Of a stretch of 64,000 nt of DNA, positions 52,172-64,000 are shown one piece after another (position 1 is the first letter of the stretch; each line of letters begins with the position of its first letter). The notes beneath the pieces are model-generated. The model was not told where the DNA came from. It did no database searches and saw only the letters and a list, made by a program, of their open reading frames with translations. Position numbers and translations under genes: made by a program. Location of the stretch: contig OX597841.1 in assembly GCA_951406725.2 (NCBI GenBank), forward strand, positions 28,334,001 to 28,398,000. The letters are read 5' to 3'. The DNA comes from Octopus vulgaris (lineage: Eukaryota).

Positions 52172-52838
52172 GTAAGTTCACATTTTCATTGGCATTTGTT
52201 GTTGTTGCTGTTGTTAGGTTTCTTGATTCCTCGGGGAACATGGGGCCGCTTTATGGTTTCTGTAACAGGTATACTCTTTTACTCTTTTACTTGTTTCAGT
52301 CGTTTGACTGCGGCCATGCTGGAGCACCACCTTTAATCGAGCAACTCGACCCCAGTACTTATTCTATCGGTCTCTTTTGCTGAACCGCTAAGTAACGGGG
52401 ACATAAACACACCAGCATCGGTTGTCAAGCAATGCTAGGAGGACAAACACAGACACTCAAACACACACACGCATATATATACATATACACATATACGACG
52501 GGCTTCTTTCAGTTTCCGTCTACCAAATCCACTCACAAGGCTTTGGTCGGCCCGAGGCTATAGTAGAAGACACTTGCCCAAGGTGCCACGCAGTGGGACT
52601 GAACCCGGAACCATGTGGTTGGTAAACAAGCTACTTACCACACAGCCACTCCTGCGCCTATGTTGTTTTTTTTTACTAGACCGAGTTGTTAGCCCAAAGC
52701 TAAACCCCCATCCGAGAGGGCCAGTTGAGTATTCTTCATCTGGTCTCTACCCTTTGACCCATCTGGCATGGGTGGCCCTACCAGGAGACAAATCTCCTGC
52801 CAGCCTAGCTCTCATGGTCATGGAGACATACAATCCCT

Positions 52839-53183
52839 GTGTAGCAATATTGATATCCTCACTCTTTGAGAAAAACTTTAGAAATGATCTCGTTTGAGAT
52901 TACAACCATCTTTGGCTAGTTAACCCTGTTGTGCCCACTGATCTGATTGGTTAGCATTTAGCGCAGTCTGTCTCTCTACTTATTTCGCGCCAACCCTATC
53001 CGAAGGCCGTGATTAGTCAGTTTACACACTGGCGCGGAATAAGTAGCGAGACAGACCGCGATGGATACTAACCAATCAGATCAGTGGGCACAACAAGGTT
53101 AACTAGCCAAAGATGGTTGTAATCTCAAACGAGATCATTCTTAAAGTTTTTCTCAAAGAGTGAGGATATCAATATTGCTACAC
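52839..53183. mobile_element. Foldback/MITE with ~150-bp inverted arms in Rictor intron 3
   Basis: gtgtagcaatattgatatcctcactctttgagaaaaac... mirrors ...gtttttctcaaagagtgaggatatcaatattgctacac, with a ~37-nt spacer. Confidence 0.88.
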
Positions 53184-53239
53184 CTGCAACCAATGACAAG
53201 GTGGTACTCATCTGAAAGGCAGGTATTTGGGTCAATGGA

Positions 53240-56109
53240 ACTGCCATACACAGACAACTTCAGCAAAAAATAGGGATATTCATAGAAAAAAAAAGCACCT
53301 TTTTGATGTAAATAATTTTTGGTGTTAACATGGTCCGATTTGAATTTTATCTTCTACGGAATGAAGAGCAAGCCTTCTTCTATCATACTCTCAATTTTGG
53401 TCAACTTGCGCTGCAGGGTCTCGGAGGAGATAGTGTTAGTTGAAGGCTACCAAACCTGCCATACGCAGACAACTTTAGCAAAAAATAGGGATTTTCATAG
53501 AAAAAAAAGCACCTTTTTGATGTAAATAATTTTTGGTGTTAACATGGTCCGATTTGAATTTTATCTTCTACGGAATGAAGAGCAAGCCTTCTTCTATCAT
53601 ACTCTCAATTTTGGTCAACTTGCGCTGCAGGGTCTCGGAGGAGATAGTGTTAGCTGAAGGCTACCAAACCTGCCATACGCAGACAACTTCAGCAAAAAAT
53701 AGGGATTTTCATAGAAAAAAAAGCACCTTTTTGATGTAAATAATTTTTGGTGTTAACATGGATCGATTTGAATTTTTTCTTCTACGGAAGGAAGCGCAAG
53801 CCTTCTTCTATCATACTTTCAATTTTGGTCAACTTGTGCCACAGGGTCTTGGAGGAGATAGTTGAAGGCAACCAAACCTGCAATACACAGACAACTTCAG
53901 CAAAAAATAGGGATTTTCATAGAAAAAAAGCACCTTTTTGATGTAAATAGTTTTTGGTGTTAATATGTTCTGATTTGAATTTTTTCTTCTACGGAAGGAA
54001 GTGCAAGCCTTCTTCTAACATACTCTCAATTTTGGTCAACTTGCACCTCAGGGTCTCGGAGGAGATAGTGTTAGTTGAAGGCTACCAAAGCTGCCAAACA
54101 CAGACAACTTCAGCTTTATAAATAGTAAAAAATAGGGATTTTCATAGAAAAAAAGCACCTTTTTGATGTAAATAATTTTTGGCATTAACATGGTCCGATT
54201 TAAAATTTTTCTTCTACGGAAGGAAGCGCAAGCCTTCTTCTATCATACTCTCAATTTTGGTCAACTTGCACCACAGGGTCTCGGAGGAGATAGTGTTAGT
54301 TGAAGGCTACCAAACCTGCCATATGCAGACAACTTCAGCAAAAAATAGGGATTTTCATAGAAAAAAAAGCACCTTTTTGATGTAAATAATTTTTGGTGTT
54401 AACATAGATCGATTTGAATTTTTTCTTCTACGGAAGGAAGCGCAAGCCTTCTTCTATCATACTCTCAATTTTGGTCAACTTGCGCCGCATGGTCTCGGAG
54501 GAGATAGTGTTAGTTGAAGGCTACCAAACCTGCCCACACACAGACAACTTCAGCTTTATAAATAGTAAAAAATAGGGATTTTCATAGAAAAAAAGCACCT
54601 TTTTGATGTAAATAATTTTTGGCATTAACATGGTCCGATTTAAAATTTTTCTTCTACGGAAGGAAGCGCAAGCCTTCTTCTATCATACTCTCAATTTTGG
54701 TCAACTTGCACCACAGGGTCTCGGAGGAGATAGTGTTAGTTGAAGGCTACCAAACCTGCCATATGCAGACAACTTCAGCAAAAAATAGGGATTTTCATAG
54801 AAAAAAAGCACCTTTTTGATGTAAATAATTTTTGGTGTTAACATAGATCGATTTGAATTTTTTCTTCTACGGAAGGAAGCGCAAGCCTTCTTCTATCATA
54901 CTCTCAATTTTGGTCAACTTGCGCCGCATGGTCTCGGAGGAGATAGTGTTAGTTGAAGGCTACCAAACCTGCCCACACACAGACAACTTCAGCTTTATAA
55001 ATAGTAAAAAATAGGATTTTCATAGAAAAAAGCACCTTTTTGATGTAAATAATTTTTGGCATTAACATGGTCCGATTTAAAATTTTTCTTCTACGGAAGG
55101 AAGCGCAAGCCTTCTTCTATCATACTCTCAATTTTGGTCAACTTGCACCACAGGGTCTCGGAGGAGATAGTGTTAGTTGAAGGCTACCAAACCTGCCATA
55201 TGCAGACAACTTCAGCAAAAAATAGGGATTTTCATAGAAAAAAGCACCTTTTTGATGTAAATAATTTTTGGTGTTAACATAGATCGATTTGAATTTTTTC
55301 TTCTACGGAAGGAAGCGCAAGCCTTCTTCTATCATACTCTCAATTTTGGTCAACTTGCGCCGCATGGTCTCGGAGGAGATAGTGTTAGTTGAAGGCTACC
55401 AAACCTGCCCACACACAGACAACTTCAGCTTTATAAATAGTAAAAAATAGGGATTTTCATAGAAAAAAAAGCACCTTTTTGATGTAAATAATTTTTGGCA
55501 TTAACATGGTCCGATTTAAAATTTTTCTTCTACGGAAGGAAGCGCAAGCCTTCTTCTATCATACTCTCAATTTTGGTCAACTTGCACCACAGGGTCTCGG
55601 AGGAGATAGTGTTAGTTGAAGGCTACCAAACCTGCCATATGCAGACAACTTCAGCAAAAAATAGGGATTTTCATAGAAAAAAAGCACCTTTTTGATGTAA
55701 ATAATTTTTGGTGTTAACATAGATCGATTTGAATTTTTTCTTCTACGGAAGGAAGCGCAAGCCTTCTTCTATCATACTCTCAATTTTGGTCAACTTGCGC
55801 CGCATGGTCTCGGAGGAGATAGTGTTAGTTGAAGGCTACCAAATCTGCCCACACACAGACAACTTCAGCTTTATAAATAGTAAAAAATAGGGATTTTCAT
55901 AGAAAAAAGCACCTTTTTGATGTAAATAATTTTTGGCATTAACATGGTCCGATTTAAAATTTTTCTTCTACGGAAGGAAGCGCAAGCCTTCTTCTATCAT
56001 ACTCTCAATTTTGGTCAACTTGCGCCACAGGGTCTCGGAGGAGATAGTGTTAGTTGAAGGCTACCAAACCTGCCATACACAGGCAACTTCAGCTTTACAT
56101 ATATAGAGA
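53240..56109 (-). repeat. Helitron-derived satellite, about 13 units of ~213/227 bp with a dimeric (~439-bp) higher-order structure
   Basis: The unit is the reverse complement of 6745-6960. Long and short variants alternate from ~53900. The array ends at the element's 5' terminus (ctttacatatatagaga). Confidence 0.88.
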
Positions 56110-56339
56110 GATATTTTTGCAGTATTTCTTCTGCTCTCTCTTGATATTGTCTTCAATTATTTTCCACCTTTTTAAATTGTATTTTCATTTTTTCTAATTA
56201 TAATTATTTTTTTTTTGGTAATACATTTTAATAAATTTAAAACAAACTTGATAAAAAATAAATTATAATGTAAAAAAGTGGAAAAATCAGTATTGTTACG
56301 TCTATAAAATTAATATTCGTTTTTCATTTCGCTGATATT

Positions 56340-57710
56340 TTCTCTCCCACCTCTCTCTCTCTTTTTTTCTCTCTTGCCTCTCCCTCTCTCCCTCTCTCCT
56401 TCTCTCTCTTGCTGCTCTCTTTTCTTTACCTTTCTCTTTCTATTGTCTTTTCCTCTTTCTCTCTAATTCTTTCTTGCCCTGCCTGTCTCTCTCTCTTTCT
56501 TGCCCTTGCTCCTCTTGCTCTCTCTCTCTCTCTCTCGCCCCTTCTCTCATTCTCTTGTCTCTTTCTCTTGTTTCTGTCTCTCTTTTGTTCGTCTCTTTTC
56601 CTTGCCTCTTATTCTGTCCATCTCTTTCTCTCTTTCTCTTACTCTTTCTCTCTTTTCCTGTCTCTCTCTCTCCTTTCCTGTCTCTCTCTCTCTCATTCCT
56701 GTCTCTCTCTCTCTTGTTCCTATTTCTCTCTCTTTTTCCTATCTCTCTCTTGTTCCTGTCTGTCTGACTCTCTCTTGTCTATCTCTGTCTCTCTCTTGTT
56801 CCTGTCTGTTTGTCTCTCTTTCTCTCTCTCTCTTGTTCCTCTCTCTCCCTCTCATCCCTCTTTGTTCCTTGCTTCCTATTCTCTCCATTTCTCCCTATCA
56901 CCCTTGTCTCTCTCTCTCTCTATCTTGTCCCCATCTCTCCCTCTTTTGTCTCTCTCTTGCTCCTCCTTTTCTTGCCCACCCCACCCCCTCTCCCTCGCCT
57001 CTCACTCTCTCTGGTTTCTCTCCGTTTCCCCCTTCTCTCCCTTTATCACCCTCTCTCTCAACACTCTCACCCCCTCTCCCTCAATATTTCCATCCTCCGC
57101 CTCTCTCATCCTCATCTCTCTCTCATCCTCATCTCTCTCTCATCCTCATCTCTCTCTCTCATCCTCATCTCTCTCTCTCATCCTCATCTCTCTCTCTCAT
57201 CCTCATCTCTCTCTCTCATCCTCATCTCTCTCTCTCATCCTCATCTCTCTCTCATCCTCATCTCTCTCTCATCCTCATCTCTCTCTCATCCTCATCTCTC
57301 TCTCATCCTCATCTCTCTCTCATCCTCATCTCTCTCTCATCCTCATCTCTCTCTCATCCTCATCTCTCTCTCATCCTCATCTCTCTCTCATCCTCATCTC
57401 TCTCTCATCCTCATCTCTCTCTCTCATCCTCATCTCTCTCTCATCCTCATCTCTCTCTCTCATCCTCATCTCTCTCTCATCCTCATCTCTCTCTCATCCT
57501 CATCTCTCTCTCTCATCCTCATCTCTCTCTCATCCTCATCTCTCTCTCATCCTCATCTCTCTCTCTCATCCTCATCTCTCTCTCATCCTCATCTCTCTCT
57601 CATCCTCATCTCTCTCTCATCCTCATCTCTCTCTCTCATCCTCATCTCTCTCATCCTCATCTCTCTCTCATCCTCATCTCTCTCTCATCCTCATCTCTCT
57701 CTCTCTTTCT
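56340..57710. repeat. Pyrimidine tract and 17/19-bp (CTCATCCTCATCTCTCT)n minisatellite ending at the Rictor exon 4 acceptor
   Basis: Seen directly. A similar CT tract lies at 62765-63400. Confidence 0.95.
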
Positions 57711-57717
57711 TCTTCAG

Positions 57718-57849
57718 CCTGAAAGTTGGTCTCCTTCACGAAGCAAAAGAGGTACGTGCTGCCACCTTGAGGGTTATTCGCTACCTACTCACCGAGCAGA
57801 AGGTTCTAGATATTATTGTCAGTTTACACATTGACTACCTCATAGCAAG
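57718..57849 (+). CDS. RICTOR: Rictor coding exon 4 (CLKVGLLHEAKEVRAATLRVIRYLLTEQKVLDIIVSLHIDYLIAR)
   Basis: ttcag acceptor and AG|gtaagc donor, 132 nt. EAKEVRAA-x-LR...DYLIAR is a Rictor N-terminal ARM signature. Confidence 0.95.
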
Positions 57850-58168
57850 GTAAGCGACCACCACCTTCTATCTCTCTCTCTCTCTCTCAATCTTGACAAC
57901 AAATGGGATAGTCATGGGTGGAACCCCTCACCTCTTCGATCCCGGCTTTGCCGGATTAGAGCTGATGTAAGTTTAAATGATGACAGAGAAGGAAATGTTG
58001 GATAATGTAATCGCTGGCTGTGTGGGTAAGAAGCTTGGATCTCAACCTCATTGTCTTGGGTTCAATCCCACAGTGTGGTTGGTACCTTGGGGAGTATCCT
58101 CCGCTACAGCCCCAGGCCAGTCGAAGCCTTGCAAATGGATTTGGTAGACGGAAAGTGAAAGAAGCCTG

Positions 58169-58208
<40 letters not shown>

Positions 58209-58341
58209 ATATATATGTATATATATGTATATACTCCTTTACTTTTTATATGTATGTATATATATCATCATCATCATCAACGTTTAACGTCCGCTTTCCA
58301 TGCTAGCATGGGTTATATGTATATATATATATGTATGTATG

Positions 58342-58384
<43 letters not shown>

Positions 58385-58605
58385 GTATGTATATGTATAT
58401 ATATGTGTATGTATGTATGTATATATATATATATATGTATATATACACACATGTATGTATATATATGAGTATATATGTATGTGTATATATGTATGTATAT
58501 GTATATATGTATATATACATAAGTATGTATATATATGTATATATATAAATATATATATGTATATATATATGTATGTATATGCATATATATACATAAGTAT
58601 GTATA

Positions 58606-58656
<51 letters not shown>

Positions 58657-58741
58657 ATGTATATATATATGTATGTATGTATATGTATATATATATGTAT
58701 GTATGTATATGTATATATGTATGTATGTATATATATATATG

Positions 58742-58788
<47 letters not shown>

Positions 58789-58799
58789 TATATAGAAGG

Positions 58800-58850
58800 A
58801 GCTTCTACAGGACTAGAACTGTTTCATTCAAGAGAAATCTTCAGGAAGCT
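58800..58850 (-). ncRNA. Type I hammerhead ribozyme-like motif with intact core
   Basis: The minus strand reads agcttc CTGAAGA tttc-tctt-gaat GAAA cag-ttctagtc-ctg TA gaagct: 6-bp stem I, core boxes, stem III and a GUA triplet. Stem II is weak. Confidence 0.7.
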
Positions 58851-59175
58851 AGTTAACAAGAATTGTATTGGCATTTATACATTTAGGCAGGTTTAAAGGG
58901 GTGGTGGTGGGGGACTTTTTGGGGGTAGGCATAGCGCAAAAATATCATACTTGGGGGAGTGGTCAAGGAGTCAGTGGTAAATTAGATAAAAGAATAAATA
59001 AAAGAATAAAAAAATATATATAGAAGAATAGGGTTTTAGGTAAATAAGGAGATTCTCACTTATACCTATACACATATGTATACATATATACACACACACA
59101 CATATACATACACACATACATACACACACACACATATATATACATACACATATATATACATACACATATCTACAC

Positions 59176-59220
<45 letters not shown>

Positions 59221-59580
59221 TATGCATATACATATACACACACACATGTATATATACACACACGACCACACATACATATACACACAAAAAAATATATACA
59301 TACACACACATACACATACACACATACACACACATATCCACATACACACATGCGCACACAATACATATATGTATGTATATATATACATACATATATATAT
59401 ATCATATTGTATGTGTCTTCCACTGTGTGTATTTGTATTATTCTTCCAGTTTATCACACATCACATTGCTTTCTCACTCTCACTCACACTCTCTCACTCT
59501 CTCACTCGCTTTCACTCACTCTCACTCACACTCTCTCACTCTCACTCTCTCACTCGCTTTCACTCATCCCTCCACTCTAG

Positions 59581-59771
59581 ATGTCTGGACATCTGCCTGA
59601 GCAACGAGGTCGAACGCATCCATGCCATGAAACTGATCCGGAAGATAATCCAGCTGTTTCCCCACCAGGTGCCGCTGTCGATGCTCTACCCCATGGTGGC
59701 TATTGGCAGGGACGGCTCCTCCGAGAGGGATCGACTGAGGCGGGCTTGTCTTGCAACCATCTGTGAACTCG
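59581..59771 (+). CDS. RICTOR: Rictor coding exon 5 (CLDICLSNEVERIHAMKLIRK...ERDRLRRACLATICEL)
   Basis: ctctag acceptor and G|gtaagt donor, 191 nt. NEVER and ERDR-x-x-RAC-x-A-x-ICEL are conserved in Rictor. The gene continues past the window. Confidence 0.95.
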
Positions 59772-59898
59772 GTAAGTATTCCTACACTTGCTCTCTGTGT
59801 GTATGTGTGCGCATGTATATGTGTGTGTGTGTGTGTGCCCCAGCATGGCCACAGCTCGTGAGCTGAAACTAGATAAAGATAAAGATATATATATATAT

Positions 59899-60882
59899 AG
59901 GCGCAGGAGTGGCTGTGTGGTAAGTAGCTTGCTTACCAACCACATGGTTCCGGGTTCAGTCCCACTGCGCGGCACCTTGGGCAAGTGTCTTCTACTATAG
60001 CCTCGGGCCGACCAAAGCCTTGTGAGTGGATTTGGTAGACGGAAACTGAAAGAAGCCCGTCGTATATATGTATATATATATATATATATATAGGTGCAGG
60101 AGTGGCTGTGTGGTAAGTAGCTTGTTTACCAACCACATGGTTCCGGGTTCAGTCTCACTGCGTGGCACCTTGGGCAAGTGTCTTCTACTGTAGCCTCGGG
60201 CCGACCAAAGCCTTGTGAGTGGATTTGGTAGACGGAAACTGAAAGAAGCCCGTCGTATATATGTATATATATATATGTATAGGTGCAGGAGTGGCTGTGT
60301 GGTAAGTAGCTTGCTTACCAACCACATGGTTCCGGGTTCAGTCCCACTGCGTGGCACCTTGGGCAAGTGTATTCTACTATAGCCTCGGGCCGACCAAAGC
60401 CTTGTGAGTGGATTTGGTAGACGGAAACTGAAAGAAGCCCGTCGTATATATGTATATATATATATATATATATAGGTGCAGGAGTGGCTGTGTGGTAAGT
60501 AGCTTGCTTACCAACCACATGGTTCCGGGTTCAGTCCCACTGCGTGGCACCTTGGGCAAGTGGCTTCTACTATAGCCTCGGGCCGACCAAAGCCTTGTGA
60601 GTGGATTTGGTAGACGGAAACTGAAAGAAGCCCATCGTATATATGTATATATATATATATATGTGTGTGTGTGCGTGTATGTTTGTGTATCTGTGTTTGT
60701 CCCCCTAGCATTGCTTGACAACCGATGCTGGTGTGTTTATGTCCCCGTTACTTAGCAGTTCGGCAAAAGTGACCGATAGAATAAGTACTGGGCTTACAAA
60801 GAATAAGTCCCGGGTCGATTTGCTCGACTAAAGGCGGTGCTTCAGCATGGCCGCAGCCAAATGACTGAAACAAGTAAAAGAG
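59899..60882 (+). mobile_element. SINE family A with four tandem tRNA-like heads and one tail
   Basis: A ~190-bp head unit repeated 4 times, separated by (TA)n. Confidence 0.88.
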
Positions 60883-60931
60883 TATATATATATATGATAT
60901 ATATCATATATATATATATATATACATATAT

Positions 60932-60972
<41 letters not shown>

Positions 60973-61216
60973 GTGGAAGCGCAATGGCCCAGTTGTTAGG
61001 GCAGCGGACTCGCGGTTGGAGGATCGCGTTTCGATTCCCAGACCGGGCAGGGGGTGGTGATCCCTGCTGTACTCTTTCACCACTCTTTCTTCTGTTGGCC
61101 TGCTCGCTTAGCCAGCGGGGTGGCGTCATTCGAAGGCTAAAACAATGCGAAGCGTGTTGTGACCAGCGATGTGTAGCAACATCTGATGGTCTGGTTGGTC
61201 ACGTGATCACGTGATA
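60973..61216 (+). mobile_element. tRNA-derived SINE family C
   Basis: A box tggcccagttg and B-like box gtttcgattcc. Embedded in (TA)n and ends gtcacgtgatcacgtgat. Confidence 0.6.
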
Positions 61217-61674
61217 TATATATATACATATATATATCAGATTTTGTAAGTAGTAGATGTACGTGTGTGTGTGTGTTGGTGCAGGCATGGCTGAGTGGTA
61301 AGATACTTGCTTCTGAACCTCATGTTCCTGGGTTCAGTCCCACTGCATGGCACCTTGTGTCTTCTACTATAGCCCTGGACCAACCAAAGCCTTGTGAGTG
61401 GATTTGGTAGATGGAAACTGAAAGAAACCTGTTGCATGTGTGTGTGTGTTCATGTCTGTATCCTCCACCGTATGACAACCGGTGTTGGTTTGTTTACATC
61501 CCCATAACTTAGCAGTTTGGTAAAAAGAGGCAAAATATGTACCAGGGTTAAAATGTTTGAAAAATGAATTCTGGGGTCGATTTTGTTTGACTGAAAAAAT
61601 TCTTCAAGGCGGTGCCCCAGCATGGCCACAGTCTGATGACCGAAACGAGTAAAAGGTTAAAGATATCGTCGTGG

Positions 61675-62560
61675 TTACTGCCACTTTCACCACCACAACT
61701 ACCATTACTGCTTTCACTACCACCACCACCACTACCACAACCACCACCACCACCACAACCACCACCACCATTCTTGGTCATATGGTATAATATCACTACT
61801 ACTATTACCACCATGGTAATCACTACCACCACCACTACTACTACCACCACCACTACAATTACCACTACCACTACTATTACCACTACCACCACCACTACCA
61901 ATACCACCACCACCACTATCACCACCACACTCAGTCATGTGGTATTACTCTGCTACTACCACCATGGTAACCACCACCACCACCGTACTTGGTCATATGC
62001 TATAATATTACTATTACTATTACCACCATGGTAACCACACTACCACCACCACCACCACTACCAATATCACTACCACCATTACCACCACTACCACTTCCAT
62101 CATCACCACACTCAGTCATGTGGTATTACACTGCTACTACCACCACGGTAACCACCACCACCACTACTACCACTACCACCACCACCACTACCAATACCAC
62201 CACCACCACTACTACCACCACCACACTCAGTCATGTGGTATTACACTGCTACTACCACCACGGTAACCACCACCACCACTACTACCACTACCCACCACCA
62301 CCACCACTACCAATACCACCACCACCACTACTACCACCACCACACTCAGTCATGTGGTATTACACTGCTACTACCACCACGGTAACCACCACCACCACTA
62401 CTACCACTACCACCACCACTACCAATACCACCACCACCACACTCAGTCATGTGGTATTACACTGCTACTACCACCACGGTAACCACACTACCACCACCAC
62501 CATTACTACTACTACCATCACCACCACCACTACTGCCACCACCACCACCACCATCACCAT
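61675..62560. repeat. (CCA/CTA)n tract with an interspersed ~50-bp motif (cacactcagtcatgtggtattacactgctac)
   Basis: The motif recurs about 5 times in the trinucleotide matrix. Confidence 0.9.
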
Positions 62561-62610
62561 GTAATTTCCTATTGAAGTTTTCACTAGTTTTTCCTCCGCC
62601 CAAACATTAG

Positions 62611-62667
62611 GCACAAAAAAGACGGATGGACTGAGGCAAGTATGCCTTGCCACCTTATGTGAACTGG
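62611..62667 (+). other. Candidate Rictor cassette exon or pseudo-exon: diverged copy of the 3' end of exon 5 (GTKKTDGLRQVCLATLCEL)
   Basis: Pyrimidine tract then cattag acceptor, 57 nt, phase 1-1, G|gtaagt donor. Clear similarity to 59723-59777. Confidence 0.55.
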
Positions 62668-63746
62668 GTAAGTACCACCTCTCCACACCGATCCATCTCT
62701 TCACTCTAACACTCCGTTCCAACTCACTAACCTTACACTTTCTCCATTAACTCTCTTCCCCGCCCCTCTCTCTCTCTCTCTCTCTCTACATATCCATCTA
62801 TCTATCCATTCATCTATTTATCTCTCCATCTATCTAGGGATCTATCTATTTGTATCTCTCTCTCTCTCTCTCTCTATTAGTATCTTTCTTTTTGTCTCTC
62901 TCTCTCTCTCTCTATTTGTCTCTCTCTCTCTCTATTTGTCTCTCTTTCTATTTGTCTCTCTCTCTTTGTCTCTTTCTCTCTCTCTCTCTATTTGTCTCTC
63001 TCTCTCTTTGTCTCTCTCTCTCTCTCTATTTGTCTCTCTTTCTATTTGTCTCTCTTTCTATTTGTCTCTCTCTATTTGTCTCTCTCTATTTGTCTCTCTC
63101 TCTTTGTCTCTCTTTGTCTCTCTCTCTCTCTTTGTCTCTCTTTGTCTCTTTCTCTTTGTCTCTCTCTCTCTCTTTGTCTCTTTCTCTATTTGTTTCTCTC
63201 TCAATTTGTCTCTCTCTCTATTTGTCTCTCTTTCTATTTATCTCTCTCTATTTGTCTCTCTCTCTCTCTTTCTCTATTTGTCTCTCTCTCTATATTTGTC
63301 TCTTTCTCTCTTTGTCTCTCTCTCTCTCTTTATTTGTCTCTCTCTCTGTTTGTCTCTTTCTATTTGTCTCTCTCTCTTCTCTTACCTTCATCTTTTCCCG
63401 TCCATCTTCCATCTCTTTCTACATTGTCCTCTCCCTCCATCTCGCTCTTTCTCCCCCGCATCTCTCCTCTTTAACAAACAACTCACACAATTCTATCTAA
63501 CCATTAAAAAGAAATCTAATTCAAATTTATTACTCAGAGACACCATCTGCACAAAAGAGCTACATTTAAGTGCGTGCAAATGTGTTGAATGTTGTGAGAT
63601 TATTTAAAAATCAATGTTTTATAGGAATACAGTATTTCATTATGCAACCATAACATAATACAAAGTATATTAAATGCTTTATAAGCCAATACTGTGTTCT
63701 ACTGTGTTAGCAGTGCTATAACATCATTTGTTAAGGTTATCTTTTA

Positions 63747-64000
63747 TCTCTATGTATATAAATGGCAAAATGTCTGTGTGTGTGTCCTTTATACAAATCC
63801 ACAATTTTTCAGTTAGAGGGCTCGCACTTTCTATGGTCATTCAAAACCGTCCAAGGGTGGTTGTGCACATCTTTACATTTCCCCAGTCACCCCGCAAATC
63901 TCTCTATATATAAACGGCAAAATGTCTGTGTGTGTGTGTCCTTTATACAAATCCAGAATTTTTCAGTTAGAGGGCTCGGGTGGTTGTGCACATCTTTACA
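63747..64000 (+). mobile_element. Probable Helitron-like 5' ends, two tandem copies
   Basis: tctctat(g/a)tatataaa(t/c)ggcaaaatgtctgtgtgtgtgtcc at ~63747 and ~63901. Confidence 0.5.

Noticed and set aside
56409-57834. 437- and 444-aa Leu/Ser ORFs (also 62850-63607)
   Set aside because: Pyrimidine repeats lack stop codons. Only 57718-57849 is a real exon.
61630-61650. ctgatgaccgaaac hammerhead-like string
   Set aside because: A mutated SINE-A tail hairpin with no room for stem II and no stems I or III.
61548-62722. Pro/Thr/Val-rich mucin- or extensin-like ORFs
   Set aside because: They are (CCA/CTA)n repeat translations inside a Rictor intron.

Overview
Eukaryotic, AT-rich, repeat-saturated genomic DNA. 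The SINE/LINE/microsatellite landscape suggests a coleoid cephalopod, probably Octopus (inference). Two multi-exon genes lie head-to-head, about 10.7 kb apart. (1) On the minus strand is a complete HMGXB4-like gene: 9 coding exons from ATG 33100 to stop 1465, 2931 nt (976 aa), all GT-AG with consistent splice phases. (2) On the plus strand are the first 5 coding exons of Rictor (mTORC2 subunit; ATG 43823), continuing beyond the window. Introns and the intergenic region contain tRNA-derived SINEs, CR1/L2- and RTE-type LINE remnants, mariner, Helitron-like and MITE elements, TE-derived tandem arrays and microsatellites. Nearly all other ORFs in the track are repeat artefacts. The most notable observations are: four hammerhead-ribozyme-like motifs, one with an intact core (58800-58850, minus); a diverged, frame-preserving partial duplicate of Rictor exon 5 with intact splice sites (62611-62667); young tandem arrays whose units span TE junctions; a SINE inserted into an antisense copy of itself at the same site at two loci; and long intronic hairpins that could be ADAR substrates.
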